A stretch of DNA of 63,874 nucleotides, counting the filler, from an uncultured archaeon (lineage in GTDB: Archaea; Iainarchaeota; Iainarchaeia; Iainarchaeales; 1-14-0-10-31-34): the NCBI GenBank assembly GCA_964442255.1. It is 6 parts of 5 records of this genome, joined end to end, with 100 filler letters (N's around TTAATTAATTAA, not from the genome) between each part and the next. Parts side by side here need not be neighbours in the genome. Positions count along the whole stretch, not along the records: positions 19,324 to 48,510 come from CAYTYC010000014.1; positions 48,611 to 63,874 come from CAYTYC010000029.1; 4 more parts are not named here. One strand, given 5' to 3'. The stretch's first letter is position 1. The number at the start of each line of letters is the position of its first letter. Both the position numbers and the translations under genes were made by a program. The notes beneath the pieces were generated by a model that saw nothing but the letters and a program-made list of their open reading frames with translations, was not told the DNA's origin and did no database searches. Shown here piece by piece: positions 45,548 through 54,792 of this stretch.

Positions 45548-46075
45548 ATGATTGAAATAAGGGTTCACGGACGCGGAGGGCAGGGAGTCAAAAAGGCCGC
45601 ACAGATTCTGGCAAGAGCCGCGCACTTAAGCGGATTCAAAACACAGGATTTCGCGGTTTACGGCGCGGAAAGGCAGGGCGCGCCTGTCACAAGCTTTGTG
45701 CGCATGGACAAAAAAAACGTGGACTTAAGGGGATACGTTTTTGAGCCCGACTACATTATTGTATTGGATGACTCAATCAAAAGAAAAAAGACGCTGGCTG
45801 GAAGAAAAAAGGAGACAATTGGCCTGATTAATTCAGGGGGCAAAAAAAAGGAGAAAGGCATAATCAAGGTGGACGCAACAGATATTTCCTTAAAGGAAAC
45901 AGGGAAAGCAATTGCAAACGTTCCAATGCTTGGCGCATTCGTTAAGGTGTCCGGAAAAATTCCGTTCAAAAGCCTTGAAAAGGCGATCCGAATTGAATTG
46001 GAAAAGTACCCTGAAAAAATCAAGGAAAAAAACGTTAACGCGGCAAGGAAAGGCTTTGAGGCGGCGAAAAAATGA
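45548..46075 (+). CDS. porC: pyruvate/2-oxoacid:ferredoxin oxidoreductase gamma subunit
   Basis: EIRVHGRGGQG; YGAERQGAPV; N..MLGA. Confidence 0.92.
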   Translation: MIEIRVHGRGGQGVKKAAQILARAAHLSGFKTQDFAVYGAERQGAPVTSFVRMDKKNVDLRGYVFEPDYIIVLDDSIKRKKTLAGRKKETIGLINSGGKKKEKGIIKVDATDISLKETGKAIANVPMLGAFVKVSGKIPFKSLEKAIRIELEKYPEKIKEKNVNAARKGFEAAKK

Positions 46076-46371
46076 AGGGAAAGCTTGTGGAAGAAACAAA
46101 AATAAAGTACCTGGGAAGGAAAGGGATTCCGGCAACAGAGTTCGGGGCAAAACACCCCGACACCGGAAGCTGGAAAGTTTTCGAGCCAAGGATTGACCAC
46201 GGCAAATGCATTAAATGCCATTTGTGCTGGCTGCAGTGCCCGGACAACGCAATTAAGATAATCAAGGAAGGAAGGGTTGCGGTTGACTACGGCCTGTGCA
46301 AGGGCTGCGGAACCTGCGCGGAAGTCTGCCCCGTGAAGTGCATTAAAATGGTTAAGAGCAAAAAAAACTGA
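46072..46371 (+). CDS. porD: pyruvate/2-oxoacid:ferredoxin oxidoreductase delta subunit
   Basis: TGSWK; two CxxCxxCxxxCP motifs. Confidence 0.92.
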   Translation: MKGKLVEETKIKYLGRKGIPATEFGAKHPDTGSWKVFEPRIDHGKCIKCHLCWLQCPDNAIKIIKEGRVAVDYGLCKGCGTCAEVCPVKCIKMVKSKKN

Positions 46372-46388
46372 ATCAAAAGTGGTAAAAG

Positions 46389-47579
46389 ATGAAAGAGAAG
46401 GCGAAAAGGGAAAAAAAAGTGGGAAAGGATTCAGGCAAAAAAAATGTTGAGCTTTTGGACGGAAATTTGGCTGCAGCGTGGGGCGTGAAATTGTGCAGGG
46501 TGGAATGCGTGCCAGCCTTTCCAATAACGCCGCAAACTGAAATGATGGAAGAGCTTGCGAAATGGGTTGTGAGAAAAAAAATTGACATAGAGTTTACACA
46601 GCTGGAGTCAGAGCATTCAGTCATAAGCTCGGCTTTGGGAAGCGAAATGACTGGCGCAAGGACTTTTACGGCAACATCCTCACAGGGAATAATGCTGATG
46701 CACGAGGTTTTGCCCATAGTTGCGGGCACAAGGATGCCGATGGTGATGGTGAACGGCTCAAGGGCAGTGAGCGCGCCGATTGCGCTGTGGCCCGACCACA
46801 ACGACTTTCTGGCGATGCGGGACTCCGGCTGGCTGATGTTCATGGCGGAAACCAACCAGGAGCTATTGGACTCAATAATAATTGCATTCAGGGTTTCGGA
46901 AAACAAAAAAGTTTTGCTGCCCAGCCTGGTTGGAATGGACGGATACATTTTATCATACACAAGGGAAGAAGTCAAGGCGCCAAAGCAAAGCTTGGTGGAC
47001 AAATTCCTTCCAAGGCTCAGGCTGGAAACAAAACTGGACGTGAAAAAGCCGATGACATTGGGGACCCCGGTTTTGCATGAGTACATGGAATTCAAGGCGC
47101 AAATGCACAGGGCACAGCAGAACGCGGTGAAAGAAATTGAAAAGGCGCACAAGGAATGGGCAAGGCTTACCGGAAGAAAGTACGGTTTTCTGGAGGAAGT
47201 GAACACAAAAGGCGCAAAGGCCGTGCTGGTTATGATGGGCGCAAACACAAGCATTGCAAAGGCGGCGGTCAAAAGGATGCGGAAAAAAGGAAAAAAAGTC
47301 GGTTTGGTGAAATTGCGGGTGATAAGGCCTTTCCCGGAAAAATGGCTGAAAAAAGCGCTTAAGGGCGCGAAGTCCGTGGGGGTTGCGGACCAGAACATTG
47401 CCCCGGGTTTGGGGGGAATACTGTACCCGGAGGTAAAGGCTGCACTGGCTGGAGAGAAAAAAATTGTTTCAAGCTATGTGTTCGGCTTGGGAGGAAAAAT
47501 GGTTTCGGTTGAAGATTTTGGGCAGGTGTTTGAGGATTTGCTGAAAGGAAAAAAGGAAGCGAGAAAATGGCTGGTGTAA
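46389..47579 (+). CDS. porA: pyruvate/2-oxoacid:ferredoxin oxidoreductase alpha subunit
   Basis: FPITPQT; ESEHS; TATSSQG; RDSGW. Confidence 0.92.
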   Translation: MKEKAKREKKVGKDSGKKNVELLDGNLAAAWGVKLCRVECVPAFPITPQTEMMEELAKWVVRKKIDIEFTQLESEHSVISSALGSEMTGARTFTATSSQGIMLMHEVLPIVAGTRMPMVMVNGSRAVSAPIALWPDHNDFLAMRDSGWLMFMAETNQELLDSIIIAFRVSENKKVLLPSLVGMDGYILSYTREEVKAPKQSLVDKFLPRLRLETKLDVKKPMTLGTPVLHEYMEFKAQMHRAQQNAVKEIEKAHKEWARLTGRKYGFLEEVNTKGAKAVLVMMGANTSIAKAAVKRMRKKGKKVGLVKLRVIRPFPEKWLKKALKGAKSVGVADQNIAPGLGGILYPEVKAALAGEKKIVSSYVFGLGGKMVSVEDFGQVFEDLLKGKKEARKWLV

Positions 47580-48496
47580 AGGCAAAAAAATTCATTTCCG
47601 CAGTGAAGGACGTCCCAAGGGAGGAATTTATAGGGGGAGGGACTTTTGCCTGCGCGGGATGCCAGGCGGTTTTGGGGATAAAATATGTTTTGAAGGCTTT
47701 GGGAAAAAACACCATCATGGTCAACCCAAGCGGGTGCATGACCTTGACTGCAACCTATCCTTTCACCCCCTACAAGGTGCCGTGGGTGCACAACGCAATA
47801 GAGAACGCGGATTCAACCGCCGCAGGAATAGTGTCGGGGCTGAAAAGAAAAAAAATGGACAAAAAGGTCACCGTGGTTGTCTACGCCGGGGACGGCGCAA
47901 CATACGACATAGGTTTCCAGGCTTTGAGCGGGGCCGCGGAAAGGCAGGACAACTTCATTCACGTCTGCTACAATAATGAATCATTTGCAAACACCGGTTT
48001 CCAGAAAAGCTCGGGATCACCGAAGTTTGCCAGAACTTCAACAACCCCGCCCTGGAGGCTGATTGAAGGAAACCCTTTTCCAAGGAAGCACATGACAAAA
48101 ATAATGGTTGCGCACGATTCCCCTTATGTTGCGACCGCCTCCACCGCCTTTCCTGTTGACTTCATGAAAAAGGTGCAGAAGGCGGCAACAATTCAGGGAT
48201 TGAAGTACATTGAATTGTTAAGCCCCTGCATTCCGGGTTGGATGATTGGCGCGGACCAGGGAATGAAGGCCGCAAAGGAAATGGTGGAAGCAGGGCTTTG
48301 GCCGCTTTACGAGGTGGAAAACGGGAAGTTTTCGCTTTCATACAAGCCCAACATGAATCCGGTGGAAAAGGCGCTGAAAATGCAGGGACGGTACAGGCAC
48401 CTGGAGAAAGAGGAATTCGCGGAAATACAGAAACAGGTTAACGAGGAATGGAAAAAATACTTGACAGGGGAATTCTGGACAGTTAATGAATATTAA
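47567..48496 (+). CDS. porB: pyruvate/2-oxoacid:ferredoxin oxidoreductase beta subunit
   Basis: ACAGC; GDGATYDIGFQ; NNE...NTG.Q; SPC..GW. Confidence 0.92.
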   Translation: MAGVKAKKFISAVKDVPREEFIGGGTFACAGCQAVLGIKYVLKALGKNTIMVNPSGCMTLTATYPFTPYKVPWVHNAIENADSTAAGIVSGLKRKKMDKKVTVVVYAGDGATYDIGFQALSGAAERQDNFIHVCYNNESFANTGFQKSSGSPKFARTSTTPPWRLIEGNPFPRKHMTKIMVAHDSPYVATASTAFPVDFMKKVQKAATIQGLKYIELLSPCIPGWMIGADQGMKAAKEMVEAGLWPLYEVENGKFSLSYKPNMNPVEKALKMQGRYRHLEKEEFAEIQKQVNEEWKKYLTGEFWTVNEY

Positions 48497-48510
48497 AAGG
48501 AAGAAAAAAA

Positions 48511-48610
48511 NNNNNNNNNNNNNNNNNNNNNNNNNNNNNNNNNNNNNNNNNNNNTTAATTAATTAANNNNNNNNNNNNNNNNNNNNNNNNNNNNNNNNNN
48601 NNNNNNNNNN
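48511..48610. other. artificial contig linker
   Basis: N44-TTAATTAATTAA-N44. Confidence 0.98.
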
Positions 48611-48612
48611 TG

Positions 48613-48807
48613 CAGCAGTTCATTGTGGAGTCCCTTCCATTGGTTGGCCCGAAGCTTGCGCGAAGCCTGCTGAAAAAATTTGGCTCCGTGAAAAAGGTTT
48701 TCAGTGCCTCCGGGAAAAGGCTGATGAACGTGGAAAAAATCGGCGAAAAAAAGGCGAAAGAAATCCGAAGAATAATTGACGCGGAGTTCAGGGAAGAAAA
48801 GGGTTAA
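48613..48807 (+). CDS. tandem HhH C-terminus of an ERCC4/XPF (Hef-like) nuclease
   Basis: ESLP.VGP.LA..LL.KFGS...V..IGEKKA. Confidence 0.75.
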   Translation, partial: QQFIVESLPLVGPKLARSLLKKFGSVKKVFSASGKRLMNVEKIGEKKAKEIRRIIDAEFREEKG

Positions 48808-50198
48808 ATGTATTCCAGCACTTTTCCGCCGTCGCCGTGGTAAATGCTGTTCTGGAAAGTGCAGCGGTCAAAGGTTTCAAACAACCCCCATTCATAGGAG
48901 CTGGAGTTCAGCCCCTTCCTTGAAATAAAGAAATAATCTGCATTGAACTTTTTAACCCAGTTTTGGTGGGCGTTGCAGTCAGAGCTTTGGAGCATTTCCT
49001 TCATCATTTCATTCCTTTCATCCAAATCAGGCGCAAACTCAAAATAGCCGTCAATTATTACTTTTCTTTCCGTGAAATAAGTCAAGGGATGGCCCATGTC
49101 CCAGCGTGCCATAATGCTTTCGCCTTCACTGGAATGCTCCTTAAGCCAAAGCATTGCGTTCCTTTCGTGTTGGTGAGTGTAAATGCCGGGATTCAACAGG
49201 CCTGGGACAAGCGCAAACAAAACCAGCGCAAACATCAGCAAAGCAAAAATTTTGGGGTAAGGGAAAACCTTTCCGCGCACAAACTCCAAACCAAACCCGG
49301 CCATCAAAGCCGCTGGAATGGAAAAGAAAATCATCATCCTGAACCCGACAAACGCGAACGCAAAGGAAAGGGCAAACCAAAGTTTCAGGAACAGCTGTTC
49401 CCTCAACTTGACCAGGGCAATGAAAACAAAAACCCAGGCAAGGATAAGGGAATTGACAACAGTCATAAGCGTTACTGAGCTCAGCTCAGAGGATTCAAAG
49501 GAAACCCCGGAAACGTAATCCCCGGGCGGGTAAGGCAGGGAGTTCAGCCACAAAAGGAAAACCGTTACCACAATGAATTCAAGCAACAGGATTTTCTTCC
49601 AGTTAAGGTTCCAGCCCTTGAATCTTCCAAGAACCGCCAAAACCAGAAGGAATGCGAGGAGGTTGATTGAGGAAAGCGGGTGAAGCAAAATCTGGGCCGT
49701 GGAAACGAGGAGTGCGGGAAAGTAGCGCTGCGAATACACGAGGTAAATTATGAAAGGAATCAGGAGCAAGGCCAGACCATCGGGGCGGGAGTAGGAGGAA
49801 GTGCGCATCAGGTGGAGGGCCATTGTCGCAATGAAAAAGGCGGAAAAAAGCGCAACGCGGTCGGAGCCAAAAATTCTGCGCGCAAAAACGAATACAAGCA
49901 ATGCGGCCAATGCGCCGTGGATTGACGGAAACAATCTTATGAGGAATTCCGCGTCCAGGCCGGTGAAGAGGGATTGCAGCGCGTAAGAAACATGGAATAA
50001 GGGGGCATAAGAGTAATGGCGGCCCTGCATGGAGAGTTCATCGTACTTTGGAACAGCCTGTTCAGACAACACAAGTTCACTCATCCGCGCATGAAATAAA
50101 GGGTCAGGGCCCTTAAAGGAGTCAATTGTCAGGGGAGGAATGCGGAGAAGAAAGCCGAGAACAACAATCAATGCAAGGAACAGCTTCACGTTCTTCAT
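48804..50198 (-). CDS. STT3/AglB-like GT-C membrane protein
   Basis: DPLFHAR; about 12 TMs; A..WLK; RWDMGH (WWDxG-like). Confidence 0.7.
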   Translation of the reverse strand: MKNVKLFLALIVVLGFLLRIPPLTIDSFKGPDPLFHARMSELVLSEQAVPKYDELSMQGRHYSYAPLFHVSYALQSLFTGLDAEFLIRLFPSIHGALAALLVFVFARRIFGSDRVALFSAFFIATMALHLMRTSSYSRPDGLALLLIPFIIYLVYSQRYFPALLVSTAQILLHPLSSINLLAFLLVLAVLGRFKGWNLNWKKILLLEFIVVTVFLLWLNSLPYPPGDYVSGVSFESSELSSVTLMTVVNSLILAWVFVFIALVKLREQLFLKLWFALSFAFAFVGFRMMIFFSIPAALMAGFGLEFVRGKVFPYPKIFALLMFALVLFALVPGLLNPGIYTHQHERNAMLWLKEHSSEGESIMARWDMGHPLTYFTERKVIIDGYFEFAPDLDERNEMMKEMLQSSDCNAHQNWVKKFNADYFFISRKGLNSSSYEWGLFETFDRCTFQNSIYHGDGGKVLEYI

Positions 50199-50656
50199 TT
50201 CCTTCCCCCCAACTCCATTAACGCGTTTCTTTCAATTAGAGGGTCAGCCAATTTAATGTTTGGCCTGAAGGGCTTTTCCTTCAGTTTCATTAATTCCGAA
50301 AGCACGGGTTTTCCTTTTTTTGAGAAAACCACGAAAAAAAGCGTGTTTTTGCCTTTTTTCAGGGAAGCCTTTTTGAGGGCGTTTTTCACCTGCCTTTCCC
50401 CAACCACACGCAAAATGAACTCTGTTTTCAGGGTTGGGCTGATGGAGGAGCCGCGGGAAAATGTTTCAATTGCCTTTTCAGCCGCAAACCATATCTGGTT
50501 AAGTGAGGCGACTTCCTTTGCCGGAACCAGGGCGGCGTGGAAATTGTTTCCCCCGGACCATAGAGAAAGGTTTTTAAGTGTTGTTTGGGGTGAATTAATA
50601 ATTGCAGTTCCGTGGAACACGGAAACAAAATAATCCCCAATTTTTTTGGAGAACAT
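50195..50656 (-). CDS. cgi121: KEOPS complex subunit Cgi121
   Basis: A..A...F; EFILRVVGERQVKNAL; IERNAL. Confidence 0.7.
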   Translation of the reverse strand: MFSKKIGDYFVSVFHGTAIINSPQTTLKNLSLWSGGNNFHAALVPAKEVASLNQIWFAAEKAIETFSRGSSISPTLKTEFILRVVGERQVKNALKKASLKKGKNTLFFVVFSKKGKPVLSELMKLKEKPFRPNIKLADPLIERNALMELGGRK

Positions 50657-50704
50657 AGTGAATTAAACTGTTGTTGTGTTTAAAAGAATTAGTCCGGTGG
50701 AAAA

Positions 50705-51247
50705 ATGGTTCAATGGCATTACAAGTCCAAAAAAAAGCGTTCAGGGGGGGTGAGAACAACCCTCAGGAGAAGCACGAAAAAGCTTGCCTGGAAAGGCCGC
50801 GGATTCACTGCCACAGGCATTTTAACGGATGAAGGCAAAGAGGAAAGGTTCAATGAAAGGGTGCGCGGGGGAAAAGAGAAAACAAAGGTCAGGCTTGCAA
50901 GGAACGCGGTCGTGGCCTTGGAAGGGGGAAAAAGCGTTAAAGGAAAGGTTCTCACAACCTTCGGAAACCCGGCCGACAGGCATTACATCAGGAGAAACAT
51001 TTTAACGAAAGGCGCGCTGATAGAGGTTGAGGCAGGCAAGGAAAAGCTTAAGGCAAGGGTTACAAGCAGGCCCGGGCAAACCGGAACAGTTAACGCCGTG
51101 GCGTTAAAAAAGGAAGAAATAGGGGCACTGGAAGCAGAAGAAAAGCAGAAAAAGCCCAAAAAAAATAAAAAAGAAAGAAAAAAGCCTGAAAAAGAAAAAG
51201 AGCCCCCTAAAGGGCAGGAAAAAAAACCAGAAGAAGGAAAGATTTAA
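50705..51247 (+). CDS. rps8e: 30S ribosomal protein S8e with K/E-rich tail
   Basis: RVRGG; NPA..YIRRNILTKGA; VTSRPGQ.G.VNAV. Confidence 0.95.
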   Translation: MVQWHYKSKKKRSGGVRTTLRRSTKKLAWKGRGFTATGILTDEGKEERFNERVRGGKEKTKVRLARNAVVALEGGKSVKGKVLTTFGNPADRHYIRRNILTKGALIEVEAGKEKLKARVTSRPGQTGTVNAVALKKEEIGALEAEEKQKKPKKNKKERKKPEKEKEPPKGQEKKPEEGKI

Positions 51248-51396
51248 ATACTAGATGCTGCGCTATTTATATACGTTACTACACCTTGTTTTTAGTTTTA
51301 ATTTTGAGGGGCTTTTATTAGCGGGTGTAATTTCTGAAAATTCTGAAAAAACGGAAAAAAACTGTTTTCTTAAACACAACGGCAGGTGGTAAGCAG

Positions 51397-52305
51397 ATGG
51401 GTAAGATTCAATGTCCGGAGTGCAAAAGCACCAAAGTCCTTAGGGACGCTGAAAAAGGCGAGCTTGTGTGCCAGAGCTGCGGGCTGATAATGGAAGAGGA
51501 CTCCATTGACCTGGGAAAGGAGTGGAGGAGCTTTGACTCGGACCAGTTTGAGGAAAGGGCCAGAACAGGCAGCCCGATGAAGTACGTGAAGCTCAACAAA
51601 GGGCTTGTGACAATGATTGACAGGAGGGGCACGGACTTAAGGGGAAACAAGCTGAGCTCAAAAAGCAGGGCACAAATGTACAGGCTGATTAAATGGCATA
51701 AGAGGGCTTCAATTTCCAGTTCAATGCAGAGAAACCTTTCAATCGCATTGACTGAATTAAGGAGGGTTGCCTCTTACTTGAATATCCCTGAATCGCTGGT
51801 TGAGGCTGCGGCCTTGCTTTACAGGAAAACCGTGAAAAAAGGGCTGATTAGGGGAAGGCTTATTGAGGCGGTCGTTGCCGCTGTTCTCTACACTGTTTGC
51901 AGAACATATCATGTGCCGAGAACATTGAATGAAATGGCTGAAGCCTCCGGACTGACCAAAAAGGAAATTGGAAGGACTTACAGGTTTTTGGTGAGGGAAC
52001 TGAAGCTGGATGTTCCTTTAACAAACCCAATCCACTATATTCCAAGGTTTGCCTCCGAGCTTAACCTGAGCGGGGAAGTGCAGGAAGAGGGAAGGAAAAT
52101 TTTGGAGGAAGCCATTGAAAACGGCCTCATTTCAGGAAGGGGTCCGACCGGTGTTGCGGCCGCCGCGGTTTACATTGCGGGCCTTTTGAAGGGCGAGCGC
52201 AGGACACAAAAAGAGGTTGCAAACGTTGCCGGCGTCACAGAGGTTACAATCCGGAACAGGTACAGGGAATTAAAGAAAAGACTGAACATTGAAGTGGTTG
52301 CTTAA
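51397..52305 (+). CDS. tfb: transcription initiation factor IIB
   Basis: CPEC...CQSCG; EWRSF; GRGPTGVAAA; TQKEVA...VTEVTIRNRY. Confidence 0.97.
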   Translation: MGKIQCPECKSTKVLRDAEKGELVCQSCGLIMEEDSIDLGKEWRSFDSDQFEERARTGSPMKYVKLNKGLVTMIDRRGTDLRGNKLSSKSRAQMYRLIKWHKRASISSSMQRNLSIALTELRRVASYLNIPESLVEAAALLYRKTVKKGLIRGRLIEAVVAAVLYTVCRTYHVPRTLNEMAEASGLTKKEIGRTYRFLVRELKLDVPLTNPIHYIPRFASELNLSGEVQEEGRKILEEAIENGLISGRGPTGVAAAAVYIAGLLKGERRTQKEVANVAGVTEVTIRNRYRELKKRLNIEVVA

Positions 52306-52326
52306 ACTTTTTGCGAAGCAAAAAGA

Positions 52327-52458
52327 TTTTTCGCCAGCCCCCCTGTGAAGCAAGGCTCGTTGAAAGACTTTAAGTTTTTCGACGCGTCGGAAACCCGCAG
52401 GTTTCCAACGTCACGTGGCCACGCAAACTGAAAGTTTGCATGGTTTCCCAAAAGGCTG
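52327..52458 (-). repeat. palindromic repeat copy with three nested hairpins
   Basis: TTTTTCGCCAGCC...[CGTTGAAAGAC/GTTTTTCGACG][CGTCGGAAAC/GTTTCCAACG][CCACGCAAAC/GTTTGCATGG] TTTCCCAAAAGGCTG. Confidence 0.65.
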
Positions 52459-52535
52459 ACCGCTTCAATTCTTTTTCTTATTTTTTTTTCTTTTCAAAAA
52501 AAAAAACAGTGAACAAAAAACGGGGGTGAAAAGCA

Positions 52536-52712
52536 GTGGACAGCTTTAACAGGGTCGGAGACTTTTTGAACCGCGGATTCGGTTTTGTGGTTGTGCCCAT
52601 TAAGGCGCAGATTTTGACCGCAGGAACCAGAACAGTGAAAAAAACAAGGAAGGCTAAAACCGTTAAGAGAAAAACAGCAAAAAGGAAAACAGCCAAAAAG
52701 AAACGAAGATAA
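52536..52712 (+). CDS. 58-aa protein with histone-H1-like basic tail (not in the ORF track)
   Basis: GGGGTGA RBS, GTG start; MDSFNRVGDFLNRGFGFVVVPIKAQILTAGTRTVKKTRKAKTVKRKTAKRKTAKKKRR. Confidence 0.6.
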   Translation: MDSFNRVGDFLNRGFGFVVVPIKAQILTAGTRTVKKTRKAKTVKRKTAKRKTAKKKRR

Positions 52713-52731
52713 AGGCTGTTGCCGAAGGCCC

Positions 52732-52762
52732 TTTTTTGGCGAAGCTTTTTTCTAAAAAGCTT
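52732..52762 (-). repeat. short palindromic repeat family copy
   Basis: Reverse complement AAGCTTTTTAGAAAAAAGCTTCGCCAAAAAA. Confidence 0.65.
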
Positions 52763-52787
52763 CAATTCCTTTCTTTTTTTTCTTATT

Positions 52788-53441
52788 TTATGTCAATTCG
52801 ATCGAATTCGGAACCAGTATTTCTTGCTTTGAGCATTCGGCTTCAGTTGCTTTTGCTCCAGTGCACACTTCAAGTGTTTCCATCCAACCAGTTATTTTTA
52901 CTTCCTTGTCAACAAATGTTTCCACTAATTCCTGTTCACTGTGCCAAGGGGTAAATGAACAGAAAGCGCCCCTGATGTTTTCCGGATTTGTCCACCCTTC
53001 TTTGGAATCAGGGGTTTCAAGATAAAAGTCCATCCAACAGTTCTTGTTGTTCCTGAACTCAATTTTCGGGGTCGCCTGGCAAACATTAATTGCTGAACCG
53101 TCAACATAGCATGGCGCCCTCAGGATCCCCTCAAATTCTGGAACAGTTGGCTCAAGATTCACACGCGGAACTGCCTCACATTTGTTTTTAACACATTTTG
53201 GGCTTTTTGGCATGCACACAACTGCAGGGCAGGACATTCTTTCAGTAGGCATGACTGGACAAGGGTCCTCATAATGATAAAAATTTACTGGTTTTTGCGG
53301 GCAACCGCAGCAACCGCCTCCCTGGAGCTTGCAATCAGTATCCTGTTCACAGTACAAGGAGTCATCCAAATACTCTTGTTTCACGCAGCCGGAAAAAGCC
53401 AGCAAAGCAGCCAGCAACAGGAGACACAACAACCTTTTCAT
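52788..53441 (-). CDS. Cys-rich lipoprotein
   Basis: Lipobox AFSGC; C..DTDC....CCGC...C..C. Confidence 0.75.
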   Translation of the reverse strand: MKRLLCLLLLAALLAFSGCVKQEYLDDSLYCEQDTDCKLQGGGCCGCPQKPVNFYHYEDPCPVMPTERMSCPAVVCMPKSPKCVKNKCEAVPRVNLEPTVPEFEGILRAPCYVDGSAINVCQATPKIEFRNNKNCWMDFYLETPDSKEGWTNPENIRGAFCSFTPWHSEQELVETFVDKEVKITGWMETLEVCTGAKATEAECSKQEILVPNSIELT

Positions 53442-53513
53442 AGCCTAAAAAAAAGTCTTTTCGGATATTTAAAGATACCTGAATTTAAGGTGTTTGCTGG
53501 AAAAAAGGATTAT

Positions 53514-53801
53514 ATGGAGCCTTCACTTGTTTCCTCTGCGAAAAGAAACTGCGCGCTTTGCGCCGGGCGAAAGTTTTTCCGCGGTTCCGAAAAATACAGG
53601 GAAATGACGCAGGAAAAGCTCAGGCAGTTAAGGGAACACTATCTCCAGCGCTTCCAGGAATTAAGGAGAAAAGAGGAAGAAACCCCTGAACTCGGGGAAA
53701 TAATGGAAAAAAAGACAATGGCACTGGATTTGATTGACGCCTGCGCCAAATGCGACAGGTCGGAAGACCGCGTGAACAGGGCGCTAACGGGAATGAAATA
53801 A
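53514..53801 (+). CDS. hypothetical protein, CxxC-coil-CxxC
   Basis: CALC...CAKC; ATG at 53514. Confidence 0.55.
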   Translation: MEPSLVSSAKRNCALCAGRKFFRGSEKYREMTQEKLRQLREHYLQRFQELRRKEEETPELGEIMEKKTMALDLIDACAKCDRSEDRVNRALTGMK

Positions 53802-53813
53802 AGCAGGGAAAGG

Positions 53814-54074
53814 TTAAAGGCGGATGGAAATCCTGCTTCCAAGCGCCTGCCCCGGGAGAGGCACGGACATTTTTGCCTTCAACGCCCCTTTTCTTCCATG
53901 CAATCCGGTTATTTTCCCTGAAAGCGTTTTCCCTGACGAAGTGCGCCAGTGCACGGGTTTTCCCAAAAAAGCCCCTGCCTTTCCGGCTGAATCAATTCCC
54001 TCAACCTCAATTATTATGTGCGCGGTTTTCTGTGTTTTTCTTCCGCCCTGAAAGTTTTTTATTGAAGCCTTCAT
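53814..54074 (-). CDS. rpl35ae: 50S ribosomal protein L35Ae
   Basis: G..TQ; GK.V.W; GKI...HG..GA; LPGQALG; hidden in the C-terminus of ORF 53814..54551. Confidence 0.92.
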   Translation of the reverse strand: MKASIKNFQGGRKTQKTAHIIIEVEGIDSAGKAGAFLGKPVHWRTSSGKTLSGKITGLHGRKGALKAKMSVPLPGQALGSRISIRL

Positions 54075-54135
54075 AAGAGTGGAATTGCATGAAAAAGAAT
54101 TTAAATCCGAAAGCCCCCAATATTTAGGTGATGGA

Positions 54136-54792
54136 ATGCTCGTGGCAGGGGTGGACGAGGCAGGCAGGGGGCCGGTAATTGGTCCAATGGTTTTGTGCTG
54201 TGCGGTGATTGACAGCGAAAAGGAAGAGGAACTGGAAAAACTGGGGCCAAAGGACTCAAAACTGCTTTCCCCAAAGCAAAGGAAAAGCCTGTACGCAAAA
54301 ATGGGAACCTGCCTCAGCAATTTTGCGGTTGCAAGTGTGGATGCAAACGAAATTGACTCGTTAAGGGGCAGGCGTTCACTGAATGAAATTGAGGCAATGA
54401 GGATAGGCGGAATGCTTAACTCCCTAAAAGAAAAGCCTGAGCTTGTGCTGGTTGACTCCCCGGACATCATAATGGGAAACTTTTCTTTGCGCATAAAAAA
54501 ATACATTTCCTTTGATTGTGTTGTGAGGTCGGAGCACAGGGCAGACTTCAATTACCCCATTGTTGCCGCTGCCTCAATCATTGCGAAAGTGGAAAGGGAC
54601 AGGCAGATAGCGGAGTTGTGCAGAAAGCACGGGGATTTGGGCTCGGGATACTGCCATGACGCGGTTACGCTGAAGTTTTTGCGGGAATGGCTGGACAAAA
54701 ACAATTGCCTTCCGGAGTTCAGCAGAAAAAGCTGGTGCACCTCTAAAATGATTTTGGACGAAAAATTCCAGAAAAAGCTGGAGGAATGGTGA
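54136..54792 (+). CDS. rnhB: ribonuclease HII
   Basis: GVDEAGRGPVIGP; DSKLL; VAAASIIAKVERD; GSGY. Confidence 0.96.
   Translation: MLVAGVDEAGRGPVIGPMVLCCAVIDSEKEEELEKLGPKDSKLLSPKQRKSLYAKMGTCLSNFAVASVDANEIDSLRGRRSLNEIEAMRIGGMLNSLKEKPELVLVDSPDIIMGNFSLRIKKYISFDCVVRSEHRADFNYPIVAAASIIAKVERDRQIAELCRKHGDLGSGYCHDAVTLKFLREWLDKNNCLPEFSRKSWCTSKMILDEKFQKKLEEW

Noticed and set aside
46373..47398. Long antisense ORFs (this one, 27916..28737, 36414..37250 and others)
   Set aside because: Phe/Ser-rich shadows of well-supported Lys/Glu-rich genes on the opposite strand.
52478..52765. 95-aa hydrophobic minus-strand ORF
   Set aside because: It is the antisense shadow of the Lys-rich plus-strand microgene and starts inside a repeat.
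53814..54551. 245-aa minus-strand ORF
   Set aside because: The N-terminal part is the antisense of rnhB; only the last 86 aa (L35Ae) are real.
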